Assembly (NCBI GenBank): GCA_001797495.1
Contig: MGPS01000070.1
Location: 15,879 to 79,878 of the forward strand
DNA: 64,000 nucleotides
Direction: 5' to 3'
From: Deltaproteobacteria bacterium GWC2_42_11
Lineage (GTDB): Bacteria; Desulfobacterota; GWC2-55-46; UBA9637; GWC2-42-11
In this document: positions 47,232 through 58,072 of the stretch, one piece after another
Numbering within the stretch: position 1 is the stretch's first letter
Layout: the number at the start of each line of letters is the position of its first letter
Translations under genes and position numbers: made by a program
The notes under the pieces: model-generated
What the model was told of the DNA's origin: nothing
Database searches by the model: none
What the model saw: the letters and a program-made list of their open reading frames with translations, nothing else

Positions 47232-47345
47232 CGCTGACATGCGGCTTTTTCGCTCAACATTTCCATTGCAAAAGAAGCCCGAAGGGTTTGGATGTTAATC
47301 TTTTGCACCATGTTAGCCGCCGTTGCAGGCATCCATTAAAATAGA
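47229..47345 (+). repeat. Degenerate copy of repeat family R2
   Basis: agttgacgctgacatgcggctttttcgctcaacat... aligns with the R2 5' half. It begins at the pyrD stop codon. Confidence 0.45.
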
Positions 47346-47361
47346 ACCGTTCTATTTTTCT
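47337..47361 (+). terminator. Rho-independent terminator after pyrD
   Basis: aaaatagaa-ccg-ttctatttt hairpin followed by ttctc. Confidence 0.5.
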
Positions 47362-47429
47362 CAATCCCATTTCCCCTTTTTCTTTTTGCGAAATATTGAA
47401 ACAATGTCAAGAAAAATTTTATTATCCGC

Positions 47430-47996
47430 TCAATTCAACTCGTCATCTTTCCAGTACTTGGTTCCTTTAACCGTAGCCTGAAGCGCCAGCCCGCTTTTCG
47501 TTAACTGATAAATGGTTATGCCATCTATCAAGGCTTCGCCTCCCACGGCTGCGCCTTTGTCGCCGGCCTTAGCCGCTGCATCGGCATGCCCCCCGAATTC
47601 CCAACCGCTGTTGATGAACTTTGTCAGGGTTGTCCGGTCATGGAAAATAAATACAGCGCGAAAATCTTTAACGCCAAGCCCTAACCCGATACCGACCTCT
47701 CCCATTTTCATGAAAACAGGCCTGCCGGTTTTGTTGTCGTTAACAACCCCATAGCCGCCGCCGAAGCTGGCGAAAATTATATTGATGTTGACGTTGCTGA
47801 AAACTGCATAACCCGGCGCCGCTGCAATCTCGGCTCTTGCCTGAGGGTGAACTTTATAAAGCTCCGACAGGACTTCGTTTCTCATGGAGAGAATAGACTG
47901 ACGTTTGTCTTGAGTGGTTTTACCGCCGGTTGTGGCACAACCACTCAAAATGAAGATCATTACCATGCCGCACAATACAATTTTCACTTGTTCCAT
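47430..47996 (-). CDS. Lipoprotein with SYLF/Ysc84-like (DUF500) domain
   Basis: Lipobox LSGC is followed by the GGGYGVV...GIGLGLGVKD pattern. Confidence 0.45.
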   Translation of the reverse strand: MEQVKIVLCGMVMIFILSGCATTGGKTTQDKRQSILSMRNEVLSELYKVHPQARAEIAAAPGYAVFSNVNINIIFASFGGGYGVVNDNKTGRPVFMKMGEVGIGLGLGVKDFRAVFIFHDRTTLTKFINSGWEFGGHADAAAKAGDKGAAVGGEALIDGITIYQLTKSGLALQATVKGTKYWKDDELN

Positions 47997-48119
47997 AATA
48001 TCTCCAGACCATTTGATTATACTCTTTCACCTTATATCAGACGTCATACTAAAATACAACAACGAATTGCCTTGTCACCGAACAATTAAAAGTGCACTAG
48101 TTTAACGATCAAAAGTGCA

Positions 48120-48332
48120 CTATAGTGTCTTCTCGGTTTTTCTATCAACCAACAAATCAGGGAGTTGAGGTCTGGCATGTGCCTGCACAAAGTCTGTGGT
48201 TATCCTTAATTCTCTGGAGAGTATAATCTTCTTAAAATACTTAGACACAATAAAACCTATGGAGAGGGTAAGGACAACGATAAAGAAAAAACTGAGGATA
48301 GAAAACTTATATAGGGGATTGGTTCTTAACAT
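48120..48332 (-). CDS. Small membrane-anchored hypothetical protein
   Basis: One predicted TM helix. No homology recognised. Confidence 0.2.
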   Translation of the reverse strand: MLRTNPLYKFSILSFFFIVVLTLSIGFIVSKYFKKIILSRELRITTDFVQAHARPQLPDLLVDRKTEKTL

Positions 48333-48340
48333 TTAAGATA

Positions 48341-49714
48341 TTACCCTGCCCCGCTTATATCCATTTTGTGAAGGAGCAAACTAGGTGCGCCGATATTCCC
48401 GAAGAATCTTATATCGTTTCCAGTTTTGATTATCCTTGAGAACAGGTCAAGCAGGTTTCCTGCAATTGCCATGCCCCTTACAGGACAGGAGACCGTGCCG
48501 TTTTCTATATAAAATCCTGCTGCACCAATGGAAAAATCCCCTGATATTGTATTTACCGTATGAACACCAAGAAGTCCTGTAATAAAAACCCCTTTATTCG
48601 CCTCTTTCATAAGGCTATCCAGTTCAGTATCCCCGTTTTTTATATACATATTTGATATACTTATGCCAGGGACAGACTTGAAACCTGACCTTGAACTGTT
48701 TCCTGTAGATTCTACACCCTCCCTTTTTGCCCAGTATGTGTCATAGAGATAATTTTCAAGAACGCCGTTTGTTATAAGAGAGGTCTTTTGTTTTGGTATG
48801 CCCTCGCTGTCAAAAAGGGATGAACTCCAGCCTCTATGCATAATGCCGTTATCTAAAATTGTTATGCAGTCTGAAAATATCTTTTTACCTTTTTTATCCT
48901 TCAGCATGGATTTCCCCTTATGGATGTTATCTGCAAGGAAAGATGGTGCAATGACCTCAAGGAATTCTACTGCTACAGAGTTTTCAAGCACAACAGGGCA
49001 TTTAATGCTTTTTATCTCCCTTGCACCGAGCATAGAGACCGCCCTTTTTGCAGCGCCGATTCCAATCTTTTGTGCATCAATGTCATTTACAAAATGGGAA
49101 AAGTCCATTTCCCAGCCCATCTGGGAATCATTATTCTCTTCTGCTACTGCCATGATACTGCCTGATGCAAATGTCTTGTTATCTGTCAGGTTTATGCCTT
49201 TTGAATTTAGTATTGAAGATGAATAAGTTGTTTCGCTGTAAACAGCATTTCTAACCTGTCTGACCCTTTTGTCAAATGACCTTGCAGCATCTTCAAGCAG
49301 GAGAGACTTTTCTATCTTTTTTGCCTCCGGTGTGTCTTTGATTGTTTTGTCAAAAAGTCCGAGTTCTTTGGATTTTATATCTTCTGCTAAAGGGAAGGAA
49401 TAAAACTCATCTGCTGTAACAGCACTTCCTGCTGATAAGGCATTATCTATCATATTGGAAAGCGCATTATCTGATAGGTCAGAAGAGAATGAAAATCCGA
49501 GTCTTTTGTCTTTCAACACCCTGACACCAATGCCCTTGCTGCAGGAGACCTTCATGGATTCAACAGTTCCATCCTTTGCCTCTATGCTTATACCGTCCTG
49601 AGATGAATAGAATATCTCCCATTCATCTATCTCCTGTTTGCGTTTAAGCATCCTGACAAGATTTTCTAATACCCCTGATTTCTCATTTCTCATTTCTGCT
49701 CCCTGTTTTTTCAT
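48341..49714 (-). CDS. pmbA: TldD/PmbA-family metalloprotease
   Basis: PmbA_TldD pattern throughout (GIGVRVL...GRSSIG-like C-terminus). Confidence 0.75.
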   Translation of the reverse strand: MKKQGAEMRNEKSGVLENLVRMLKRKQEIDEWEIFYSSQDGISIEAKDGTVESMKVSCSKGIGVRVLKDKRLGFSFSSDLSDNALSNMIDNALSAGSAVTADEFYSFPLAEDIKSKELGLFDKTIKDTPEAKKIEKSLLLEDAARSFDKRVRQVRNAVYSETTYSSSILNSKGINLTDNKTFASGSIMAVAEENNDSQMGWEMDFSHFVNDIDAQKIGIGAAKRAVSMLGAREIKSIKCPVVLENSVAVEFLEVIAPSFLADNIHKGKSMLKDKKGKKIFSDCITILDNGIMHRGWSSSLFDSEGIPKQKTSLITNGVLENYLYDTYWAKREGVESTGNSSRSGFKSVPGISISNMYIKNGDTELDSLMKEANKGVFITGLLGVHTVNTISGDFSIGAAGFYIENGTVSCPVRGMAIAGNLLDLFSRIIKTGNDIRFFGNIGAPSLLLHKMDISGAG

Positions 49715-50160
49715 AGTTCAATCATTACCGCAGTCTCATCGCAATTCGGGAATTTAAAGCACTTTATACATTCTCCCCATATCTTATGCGGTAGTGTCAT
49801 CTTGTCAATGGATATAAATCCGAGTTTTTCAAAGAATACAGGTTTATATGTAAGTGCGAACACCCTTTTAATACCGAGTGCCTTTGCTTCATCAAGACAC
49901 GCGTTTACAAGGACACTGCCTATGCCTTTCCCTGATGACCCTTCTTTAACTGTAAGCGACCTTATCTCTGCCATGTCCTCCCAGATAATGTGTAAAGCAC
50001 ATGAACCGATGATAGCACTATCTTCCTCATATACATAAAAATCCCGCAGGTTGTCATACATATCTGTCAGGGGTCTATGCAGCATCTCGCCCTTGTTTGC
50101 AAAGGCCTCTATAAGTTTATATATCTCTTTTATGTCGCTTATGTTTGCCCTGCGTATCAT
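49711..50160 (-). CDS. GNAT-family N-acetyltransferase
   Basis: RSLTVKEGSSGKGIGSVLV acetyl-CoA motif. Confidence 0.6.
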   Translation of the reverse strand: MIRRANISDIKEIYKLIEAFANKGEMLHRPLTDMYDNLRDFYVYEEDSAIIGSCALHIIWEDMAEIRSLTVKEGSSGKGIGSVLVNACLDEAKALGIKRVFALTYKPVFFEKLGFISIDKMTLPHKIWGECIKCFKFPNCDETAVMIEL

Positions 50161-51464
50161 CAGTTCAGTACCTCTATTATTAGTGGTTTTGTTTCAACTT
50201 TATCCTTGCAAAACGAGAATGCATTTTCAAGCATTTTTATTGTTGGGTCCCTTTTTGAAATATTGTTGAAATAAATAACAGCCAATTCTTCATTTATTCT
50301 GACCTGGTCACCAACTTTTTTGTTCAGTATTATACCTGCTGCATGGTCAATTCTGTCATCTACCTTTATCCTCCCTGCACCGAGATGCATTGCAGCAATG
50401 CCAACCCGCTCTGCATCTATTCCTGATATGAAACCTTCTCCTCTGGCAGCAAAGGTCTCAGAATATCTTGCCGAACTAAAAAGGGACGGGTTATCAATTA
50501 CATCTGTAATCCCACCCTGACCTGCAACCATTTCTTTAAACTTCTTAAGACCGCTTCTGCTTTTGATTGCCTTCCTGATTTTCTGTCGTCCCAGAGCCAT
50601 GGAATCAGCCTTCCCTGCCAATAAAAGCATCCATGCACTTGTTTCAACGGTCAATTCTGCAACATCAGCGGGTCCTTTACCGTTCAGTACATCAATTGCT
50701 TCTATTACTTCAAGGCTGTTGCCGACTGCCATACCCAGCGGCTGGTTCATATCAGTCAATACAGCAATGACCTTTTTTCCCATCCCTTTGCCTATCTCTA
50801 TCATGGTCTTTGCAAGTTTCCTTGCATCATCCTGATTTTTCATAAATGCACCACTCCCGACCTTTATGTCAAGCACAAGGGCATCAATCCCTTCTGCAAG
50901 TTTCTTGCTCATTATGCTGCTTGTAATAAAGGGTATGCTTTCAACTGTCGCAGTTATATCCCTGATGGCGTATAATCTCCTGTCAGCAGGTGCAATCTCG
51001 CCTGTCTGTCCTATTATTGAGATACCTGTCTTTTCTACCTGTCTTGTAAATTCTTCAAGGGTGAGGTCTGTTCTGAATCCGGGTATGGATTCAAGTTTAT
51101 CAATCGTCCCGCCAGTGTGTCCAAGCCCCCTCCCTGCAATCATGGGTATATAAACGCCGCATGATGCAGCAAGCGGTGCAGCAGCCAATGTAATCTTGTC
51201 GCCTACTCCGCCTGTGGAATGTTTATCTATTTTCTTGTCTTTGATGGAATTAAGGTCAAGCACCCTGCCAGAATACAGCATCTCTCTGGTCAGTGCAGCA
51301 GTCTCTTCTTCTGTCATCCCTTGGAAATATACTGCCATGAGGAGGCTTGATATCTGGCAGTCAGGAATGCTGCCGGAGGTTACACCTTTAATAAAGAACG
51401 ATATCTCTTCACCGCTGAGTTCCACGCCGTCCCTTTTTTTCTTTATAATATCATAAACTCTCAC
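50160..51464 (-). CDS. pdp: Pyrimidine-nucleoside (thymidine) phosphorylase
   Basis: The N-terminal MRVYDIIKKKRDG...MTEEETAALT and KHSTGGVGDK phosphate-binding motifs are present. Confidence 0.85.
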   Translation of the reverse strand: MRVYDIIKKKRDGVELSGEEISFFIKGVTSGSIPDCQISSLLMAVYFQGMTEEETAALTREMLYSGRVLDLNSIKDKKIDKHSTGGVGDKITLAAAPLAASCGVYIPMIAGRGLGHTGGTIDKLESIPGFRTDLTLEEFTRQVEKTGISIIGQTGEIAPADRRLYAIRDITATVESIPFITSSIMSKKLAEGIDALVLDIKVGSGAFMKNQDDARKLAKTMIEIGKGMGKKVIAVLTDMNQPLGMAVGNSLEVIEAIDVLNGKGPADVAELTVETSAWMLLLAGKADSMALGRQKIRKAIKSRSGLKKFKEMVAGQGGITDVIDNPSLFSSARYSETFAARGEGFISGIDAERVGIAAMHLGAGRIKVDDRIDHAAGIILNKKVGDQVRINEELAVIYFNNISKRDPTIKMLENAFSFCKDKVETKPLIIEVLN

Positions 51465-51466
51465 CG

Positions 51467-51859
51467 TTACTTTCTGCCCTCGAGTATCCTTTCGGTTTGT
51501 TCTATTATTTCTGTTGCAGTTGCCCTGTCTTTTAAAATGATATTTTCTTGGGCATCCACGCTTATCTTTGTTGTTTTTGTCGTAATCCGTTCAAGGTCTA
51601 TATAAATTTTTAAATTTGGTGTTTTTGCTATAATCTTGATTCCATTTTCTATGTCTTTTTTCCCAACCTCTACAACCCCCATATTTTTTAAGGTGGTGTA
51701 TGTTGCAGCCTCTACATGGCTAAACGGATAACTCGTAGTTTTGTATGCAATATTTGTTACTGTATACACAATTGCACCGCTTGCGCCTGCTATTACAATG
51801 GCTGCACAGCCCGAGGAGGTAAATAAGATCAATACCAAATTAAGTGCTGTTTTCTTCAT
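51467..51859 (-). CDS. Hypothetical lipoprotein
   Basis: A signal peptide carries the lipobox SSGC. Confidence 0.35.
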   Translation of the reverse strand: MKKTALNLVLILFTSSGCAAIVIAGASGAIVYTVTNIAYKTTSYPFSHVEAATYTTLKNMGVVEVGKKDIENGIKIIAKTPNLKIYIDLERITTKTTKISVDAQENIILKDRATATEIIEQTERILEGRK

Positions 51860-52012
51860 TTTTTGTTCCTTTTAATATATTTTTGACCAGTATTCTGGAT
51901 TTCCTGCGGTTGTATGCAGTTTTTGTTCTATGTATGGCAGATGGTTTGGGCACAGGTTTTCTTACCTTTTCTAAAATATCTCTTGTTTTAATGAACATCT
52001 TCTTATTCTTTT

Positions 52013-53188
52013 TCACAGGAGTTGTTTTAAAAAACTTTCGCCGTTCTGCATCTCTTGAAGCCCGAATACATTTGCAATGGTCTGCCCTACATCCGCAAAT
52101 GTTTCCCTTGTCCCCATGTCTATCCCTCCCTTTAATCCTTTACCGTAAACCAGAAGCGGGACATACTCCCTTGAATGGTCGGTTGAGGGTGTTGTTGGGT
52201 CGCAGCCGTGGTCTGCTGTAATTATAAGCATATCGCTGTCTTTAAACAATGCCGTTATACCGGGTAATCTTGCATCAAATTCCATCAGCGATTTTGCATA
52301 ACCCTCTGCATCGTTCCTGTGCCCGTAAAGCATATCAAAATCAACAAGGTTTGTGAATAATAGTCCCCTGTCTGTATGTTTAATCGCATCGATGGTTTTA
52401 TCAATGCCGTCCATATTGTCCCTTATGTGGATTTCTCCTGTGAGTCCTCTATGTCCATATATATCGCCAATTTTACCGATACCGATAACAGGCAATCCAA
52501 TTGCTTTGAGTTTGTCAAGGACTGTCTCGCCTGTTGGGGCGATTGAAAAATCCTTTCTCTGTGCAGTCCTTTTGAAAGAGCCGGCACTGCCTTCAAATGG
52601 TCTTGCTATCACCCTGCAGACGCCGTAATCATCGAGTATCCTGCGGGTTATTTTGCAGACCTCGTAAAGTCTTTCACCCGGTATTACAGCCTCATGTGCG
52701 GCAATCTGGAATACGCTATCTGCAGATGTATAAACAATTAGTTTTTTAGTTTTAATATGTTCTTCACCAAACTTTTGGATGATTTCTGTCCCTGATGCAG
52801 CAATGTTGCCGATGTAGTCCATCCCTGTTTCTGTCTTAAACCTTTTCATTATCTCTTCAGAAAAACCATGCGGGTATGTAGGGAATGGCTTATCAAGGAT
52901 GATACCTGCAATCTCCCAATGACCTGTTGCAGTATCCTTGCCTTTTGATGCCGCCATCATCCTGCCGTAGGATGCGAGAGGGGATGATGTTCTCTTTAAC
53001 CCTTCAACACCCTTTATATTCCCTATGCCGAGCGACTCAAGATTTGGGATGCTGAACCACCTAATGGTCTTTACTATGTTACCCAGGGTATTGCTGCCTT
53101 TATCACCGTAATATTCAGCATCAGGGAGTTCCCCGATACCAAGACTGTCAAGCACAATGATGATTATCCTGTTCAGGTTATTATACAT
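52013..53188 (-). CDS. deoB: Phosphopentomutase
   Basis: IIVLDSLGIGELPDA, GNHE-like metal ligands and the DHGCDP motif are present. Start is taken at MYNNLNR. Confidence 0.85.
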   Translation of the reverse strand: MYNNLNRIIIIVLDSLGIGELPDAEYYGDKGSNTLGNIVKTIRWFSIPNLESLGIGNIKGVEGLKRTSSPLASYGRMMAASKGKDTATGHWEIAGIILDKPFPTYPHGFSEEIMKRFKTETGMDYIGNIAASGTEIIQKFGEEHIKTKKLIVYTSADSVFQIAAHEAVIPGERLYEVCKITRRILDDYGVCRVIARPFEGSAGSFKRTAQRKDFSIAPTGETVLDKLKAIGLPVIGIGKIGDIYGHRGLTGEIHIRDNMDGIDKTIDAIKHTDRGLLFTNLVDFDMLYGHRNDAEGYAKSLMEFDARLPGITALFKDSDMLIITADHGCDPTTPSTDHSREYVPLLVYGKGLKGGIDMGTRETFADVGQTIANVFGLQEMQNGESFLKQLL

Positions 53189-53292
53189 GTAAGACCTTTG
53201 TCTTAATGTTCTGGAGGGTATATCCAATATATACTGCAACAATAAAAAGAAAGGAAAGGCAGGCAATGTATTCCTGCCTTTATATAGCAGGG

Positions 53293-53622
53293 TTATAGAA
53301 CCTTGTCTATCAAAGCCTTTATCTGTGTTTTAGGCACAGCACCCACTACCTGGTCAACGACCTGTCCGTTTTTGAAGAGTATGAGTGTCGGAATGCCCCT
53401 GACGCCGTATTTGCCCGGTGTTGCAGGGTTTTCATCAACATTCATTTTTGTTATCTTAACCTTCCCTGCATAGGCATCAGCCATCTCCTCTACAACCGGG
53501 GCTATTGCCCTGCACGGTGCGCACCATGTTGCCCAGAAATCAACAAGTGCAGGTATGGGGGACTTTAGTACCTCTGTATCAAAATTACTGTCGGTAACAT
53601 GAATAACATTTTCTGACATCAT
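53293..53622 (-). CDS. trxA: Thioredoxin
   Basis: WCAPCR active site (WATWCAPCRAIAP) in a 109-aa protein. Confidence 0.9.
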   Translation of the reverse strand: MMSENVIHVTDSNFDTEVLKSPIPALVDFWATWCAPCRAIAPVVEEMADAYAGKVKITKMNVDENPATPGKYGVRGIPTLILFKNGQVVDQVVGAVPKTQIKALIDKVL

Positions 53623-53697
53623 TTTCTCCTTTCGAAAGTGTTTTGTTTAAATTTATGGTTTAAGTGGTTGTTTATCAATAATTATTGTTGTATTAAC

Positions 53698-53774
53698 TGG
53701 GGTGAGCGAGGGGATTTGAACCCCCAGCCCTCGGAGCCACAGTCCGATGCTCTAACCATTGAGCTACGCCCACC
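53698..53774 (-). tRNA. tRNA-His (GUG) with encoded G-1 and CCA
   Basis: The reverse complement folds as a cloverleaf: acceptor GGUGGGCG..CGCUCACC, anticodon loop CUGUGGC, T-arm GGGGGUUCAAAUCCCC, 3' CCA. Confidence 0.9.
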
Positions 53775-53827
53775 GTTTTTTAATTTATTATCATAGTGTG
53801 CATTATACTGTCAACATTTTAAAGTCC

Positions 53828-54011
53828 CCGTAAAATAGCGATTAAAAACCTCGCTATTTTACAAACCTGCGATTTGGCTGCCATACTTCGTTATCGGCCA
53901 ATTTTTGTTCCTCACCGTATCGGTGAACATACGGCTCGTCTCAAAGATTGTCCGCTGCCTCGTCTGGCAGCCAACTTGCAGGTTTCCCCAAAAATCAATG
54001 TCTATTTTTGG
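53828..54011. repeat. 184-nt structured dispersed element (family R1), copy 2
   Basis: See copy 1 at 24835-25018. Confidence 0.75.
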
Positions 54012-54077
54012 GAGTTCGGTAAACAATTTAAGAAATTTCATTGACTGCCGATTTAAAAGGTGTAAGAATATATATGT

Positions 54078-54461
54078 ATGAAATATACAGAAATATTGAA
54101 AGGGAGAAAAGGGTTTATTAAATTTAAGACCCTTTTTACGCTTTTGGTTCTTGCGCTCCTTGTTTATGCAGGGATAGAGGTTATCCCATTGTATATAGGT
54201 AATTATATGCTTGAGCAGGAGGTCAGTTCGGCTGCAGAGATGGCAATGCATAAATCCGATGCAGATATAAATAAAAGGCTTGTTGAGAGGGCAAATTCAT
54301 GGGGCATTACCCTGAAAGAAGGCGACATTAAGATTGAGAGGGGAGAGTATGATGTAAGCATTTATACTGCATATGATATAGAGGTGAATTTTCTGGGGCA
54401 GTACAAAAAGAAGTTTGCATTTGATATAGATGTCGTTAAACCGATACAAAAGGTGGAATAA
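54078..54461 (+). CDS. Hypothetical membrane-anchored protein (DUF4845-like)
   Basis: An N-terminal TM helix precedes a ~100-aa soluble domain. Confidence 0.35.
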   Translation: MKYTEILKGRKGFIKFKTLFTLLVLALLVYAGIEVIPLYIGNYMLEQEVSSAAEMAMHKSDADINKRLVERANSWGITLKEGDIKIERGEYDVSIYTAYDIEVNFLGQYKKKFAFDIDVVKPIQKVE

Positions 54462-54515
54462 GTCTGATTTTGATGTCGTACCATCTATAGGGCAGGAAAG
54501 GAATAAGGTGCCGCC

Positions 54516-54968
54516 ATGAGAAAAATAACATTAGCACTAAATTTGCTGCTTATACTTTTTATATGCCCTGTCTATGCAGAGGATTCATATACTATTATAT
54601 TAAACCATGATTACCCTGTAATGGTGCGCGGGGAGTATGAATACTATCCCACGATAGAACAGGCGTATGCTGTAAGTTCACATGTCCTGATGACAATGGA
54701 CTGGAGTTACGGTCACTTTCCTGATGATGGAAAAATAATTGATAGCGACAATGCAATATGGTTTTATATGGTTAATGTCCGTCAAGGGATAAAGGTATTT
54801 TTGGTTGGAAAGGCAGTAACTGTTAATAATAACCTGCCTGCGTGGGCTGTAGAATATCTTCCGTCTGTAGAGGCGGAACTGGAAAGAGACGGCGGTGTGG
54901 AAAAGGTGATAAGGAAGTTTGAGAAGTCATCTGATAAGCATAAGGCAGGGTATCAAGTGGAGATGTAG
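54516..54968 (+). CDS. Secreted hypothetical protein
   Basis: Signal peptide (LLLILFICPVYA). Confidence 0.35.
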   Translation: MRKITLALNLLLILFICPVYAEDSYTIILNHDYPVMVRGEYEYYPTIEQAYAVSSHVLMTMDWSYGHFPDDGKIIDSDNAIWFYMVNVRQGIKVFLVGKAVTVNNNLPAWAVEYLPSVEAELERDGGVEKVIRKFEKSSDKHKAGYQVEM

Positions 54969-55054
54969 CAGCAACATCATATTGCAAAATTTATATTGAC
55001 TAAGGATTTTAAAAGGTGTAATTAAGGTATAAAGGTTTTTTTAAAAACCCTTTT

Positions 55055-55168
55055 AATTTAACCCGGCGAGGTTAAGAAAGGGAGATATGATACCATCAAT
55101 AAACAAAAAAAGAATATGTACTTTACGATATACCTCCTTGTCCGAATGGGCGCGGAGGTATTTTTTTG
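55055..55168 (+). promoter_or_regulatory. PyrR-dependent transcription attenuator in the pyr leader
   Basis: AACCCGGCGAGGTT matches the PyrR binding-loop consensus ARUCCNGNGAGGYU. It is followed by the terminator hairpin acctccttgtccgaatgggcgcggaggt and a T7 run. Confidence 0.6.
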
Positions 55169-55210
55169 TCTGCTTTCAGCCTGACTGCAATGATTACATA
55201 GGAGGTTTAA

Positions 55211-55753
<543 letters not shown>

Positions 55754-55865
55754 AACATTCATGAGCCTTTGGCTTGCAAAAGATGATGAAAATCTGTAGT
55801 CGCACCCTTTATGGGTGCGTTTGCGCAGGCATAAAGCCTGCGGCTACCATTATTAGGATTTTCAG

Positions 55866-56789
55866 ATGAAACTCAATAGAAAGGACATACTCAGCATAGA
55901 AGATTTAACAAAGGAAGAGATAGAACTCGTCCTGAAGACTGCCGAATCATTTAAAGAGGTGTCTGAAAGGGATATCAAGAAGGTCCCTACGTTGCGCGGC
56001 AAAACTATTATTAACCTATTTTACGAGCCATCCACAAGGACAAGGACATCTTTTGAGATTGCTGCCAAGAGAATGAGTGCGGATGCTATAAATATATCTG
56101 CTTCATCCAGCAGTGTTGTGAAGGGCGAGACATTGAAAGATACTGCAAAAAACCTTGAGGCAATGAATCCTGACTGCATTGTCCTGAGGCATTCCTTCAG
56201 CGGCGCGCCACATATTCTGGCAGGTCTGGTAAAGTGTTCTGTTATAAATGCAGGGGATGGGTGCCATGAGCATCCAAGTCAGGCGCTGCTTGATATGCTG
56301 ACGGTTAAGGAAAAACTCGGAAGGATAGAAGGATTAAAGATTGCAATAATAGGCGACATCCTGCACTCAAGGGTTGCAAGAAGCAATATCTACGGCTTTA
56401 CAAAACTCGGTGCAGAGGTAAGGGCTGCCGGGCTTCCGACAATGATGCCGTGCAGGATTGAGCAGATGGGCTGCAGGGTATTTTACAATATGGAAGATGC
56501 TATTAAAGATTCAGATGTAATAATGATGTTAAGAATACAACTGGAGAGGCAGAATGCCGCACTATTTCCCACAGTCAGGGAATACTCAAAACTCTTTGGT
56601 CTGGATTCAAAAAAACTTGAGATGGCAAAGAAGGATGTAATTATCCTTCATCCAGGACCAATAAACAGGGGTGTTGAAATTTCATCGGATGTTGCAGATG
56701 GAAGGTCATCACTTATACTTGATCAGGTTACAAACGGTGTGGCTGTGAGGATGGCTTTGTTTTATCTCCTGCTTGGGAGGGAGTTATGA
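55866..56789 (+). CDS. pyrB: Aspartate carbamoyltransferase catalytic subunit
   Basis: STRTR carbamoyl-phosphate motif and HPxQ are present. Confidence 0.9.
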   Translation: MKLNRKDILSIEDLTKEEIELVLKTAESFKEVSERDIKKVPTLRGKTIINLFYEPSTRTRTSFEIAAKRMSADAINISASSSSVVKGETLKDTAKNLEAMNPDCIVLRHSFSGAPHILAGLVKCSVINAGDGCHEHPSQALLDMLTVKEKLGRIEGLKIAIIGDILHSRVARSNIYGFTKLGAEVRAAGLPTMMPCRIEQMGCRVFYNMEDAIKDSDVIMMLRIQLERQNAALFPTVREYSKLFGLDSKKLEMAKKDVIILHPGPINRGVEISSDVADGRSSLILDQVTNGVAVRMALFYLLLGREL

Positions 56790-58072
56790 GTAAACTTCTA
56801 ATAAAAGGCGGGCATGTTGTTGACCCTGCAAATGGGATTGACGGGATATTTGATGTTTATTGTGTTGACGGCAAAATCGTTGAAATCACGCATCACGCAT
56901 CCCGCATCACGCACAACGATTGCACTGTCATAGATGCAACGGGTCTTCATGTTTTCCCGGGTTTTATTGACATGCACACGCATTTAAGAGAGCCGGGCTA
57001 TGAATATAAAGAGGACATAAGAACAGGCACAATGGCAGCAGCAGCAGGAGGTTTTACATCTGTTGCATGTATGGCAAATACTGACCCTGTTAATGACAAT
57101 TCATCTGTTACAAGATATATCCTGAAAAAGGCACAGGAAGAGGGTATTGTAAATGTCTTTCCTGTTGGTGCAGTAAGTAAAGGTTTAAAAGGTGAGATAC
57201 TTGCAGAGATTAGCGATTTGAAAGATGCGGGATGTGTTGCGATTTCAGATGACGGCAAGCCTGTTTCTGACAGCAGGTTGATGAGGCTGGCACTGGAATA
57301 TTCAAAACCTTTTAATCTGCCTGTTATATCCCACTGCGAGGATTTAACCCTTGCAGGGGATGGTGTTATGAACGAAGGTTTTATTTCTACAAAACTGGGT
57401 TTAAAGGGCATCCCGAATGCAGCAGAGGATATTATGGTTGCAAGGGATATTGCCCTTGCAGAACTTACACACGGGAAACTGCACATTGCCCATGTATCTG
57501 CATCTGGGAGTGTTGAACTTATAAGAAATGCCAAGTCAAGAGGTGTAAATGTTACAGCAGAGGTTACGCCGCACCACTTTACACTAACAGATGAATGTGT
57601 AACCGGCTACAACACCAATGCAAAGATGAACCCTCCGCTTCGCAGTATTAGTGATATAGAGGCATTGAAACAGGGGCTTAAACACGGAACAATAGATGTC
57701 ATTGCAACAGACCATGCACCACAGAATGCTGATGAAAAGGATGTGGAATTTGATAAGGCAGCAAACGGTGTTGTTGGACTTGAGACTGCATTCTCACTTT
57801 CTTTAAAACTCGTTTCAGACGGGCTTATTTCATTATCTGTCCTGATTGAAAAAATCTCTCTAAACCCTTCAAGGATTTTAGGGCTTGATAAAAAAGGCTC
57901 TCTAAAAGTCGGCAATGATGCTGATATAACGATTGTGGATTTAAATAAGGAATGGTTTGTTGATGTAAATAAATTAAAATCAAAGAGCAAAAATACTCCG
58001 TTTGAAAACTGGAAGATGAAAGGTAAAGTTGTGAAGACAATAGTTGGAGGGAAGGTGGTGTATGAGGGATAG
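56786..58072 (+). CDS. pyrC: Dihydroorotase (multifunctional-complex type)
   Basis: [10 protein letters not shown] metal-binding motif. It contains an in-frame CATCACGCATCACGCATC repeat coding [10 protein letters not shown]. Confidence 0.85.
   Translation: MSKLLIKGGHVVDPANGIDGIFDVYCVDGKIVEITHHASRITHNDCTVIDATGLHVFPGFIDMHTHLREPGYEYKEDIRTGTMAAAAGGFTSVACMANTDPVNDNSSVTRYILKKAQEEGIVNVFPVGAVSKGLKGEILAEISDLKDAGCVAISDDGKPVSDSRLMRLALEYSKPFNLPVISHCEDLTLAGDGVMNEGFISTKLGLKGIPNAAEDIMVARDIALAELTHGKLHIAHVSASGSVELIRNAKSRGVNVTAEVTPHHFTLTDECVTGYNTNAKMNPPLRSISDIEALKQGLKHGTIDVIATDHAPQNADEKDVEFDKAANGVVGLETAFSLSLKLVSDGLISLSVLIEKISLNPSRILGLDKKGSLKVGNDADITIVDLNKEWFVDVNKLKSKSKNTPFENWKMKGKVVKTIVGGKVVYEG

Noticed and set aside
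47232-47430. Possible small RNA or RNase P-like structure after pyrD
   Set aside because: The sequence is explained by a degenerate R2 repeat copy plus a terminator hairpin. No conserved ncRNA signature recognised.
53859-54251. 130-aa minus-strand ORF next to tRNA-His
   Set aside because: Mostly spans the R1 structured repeat. No RBS or homology. More likely non-coding.
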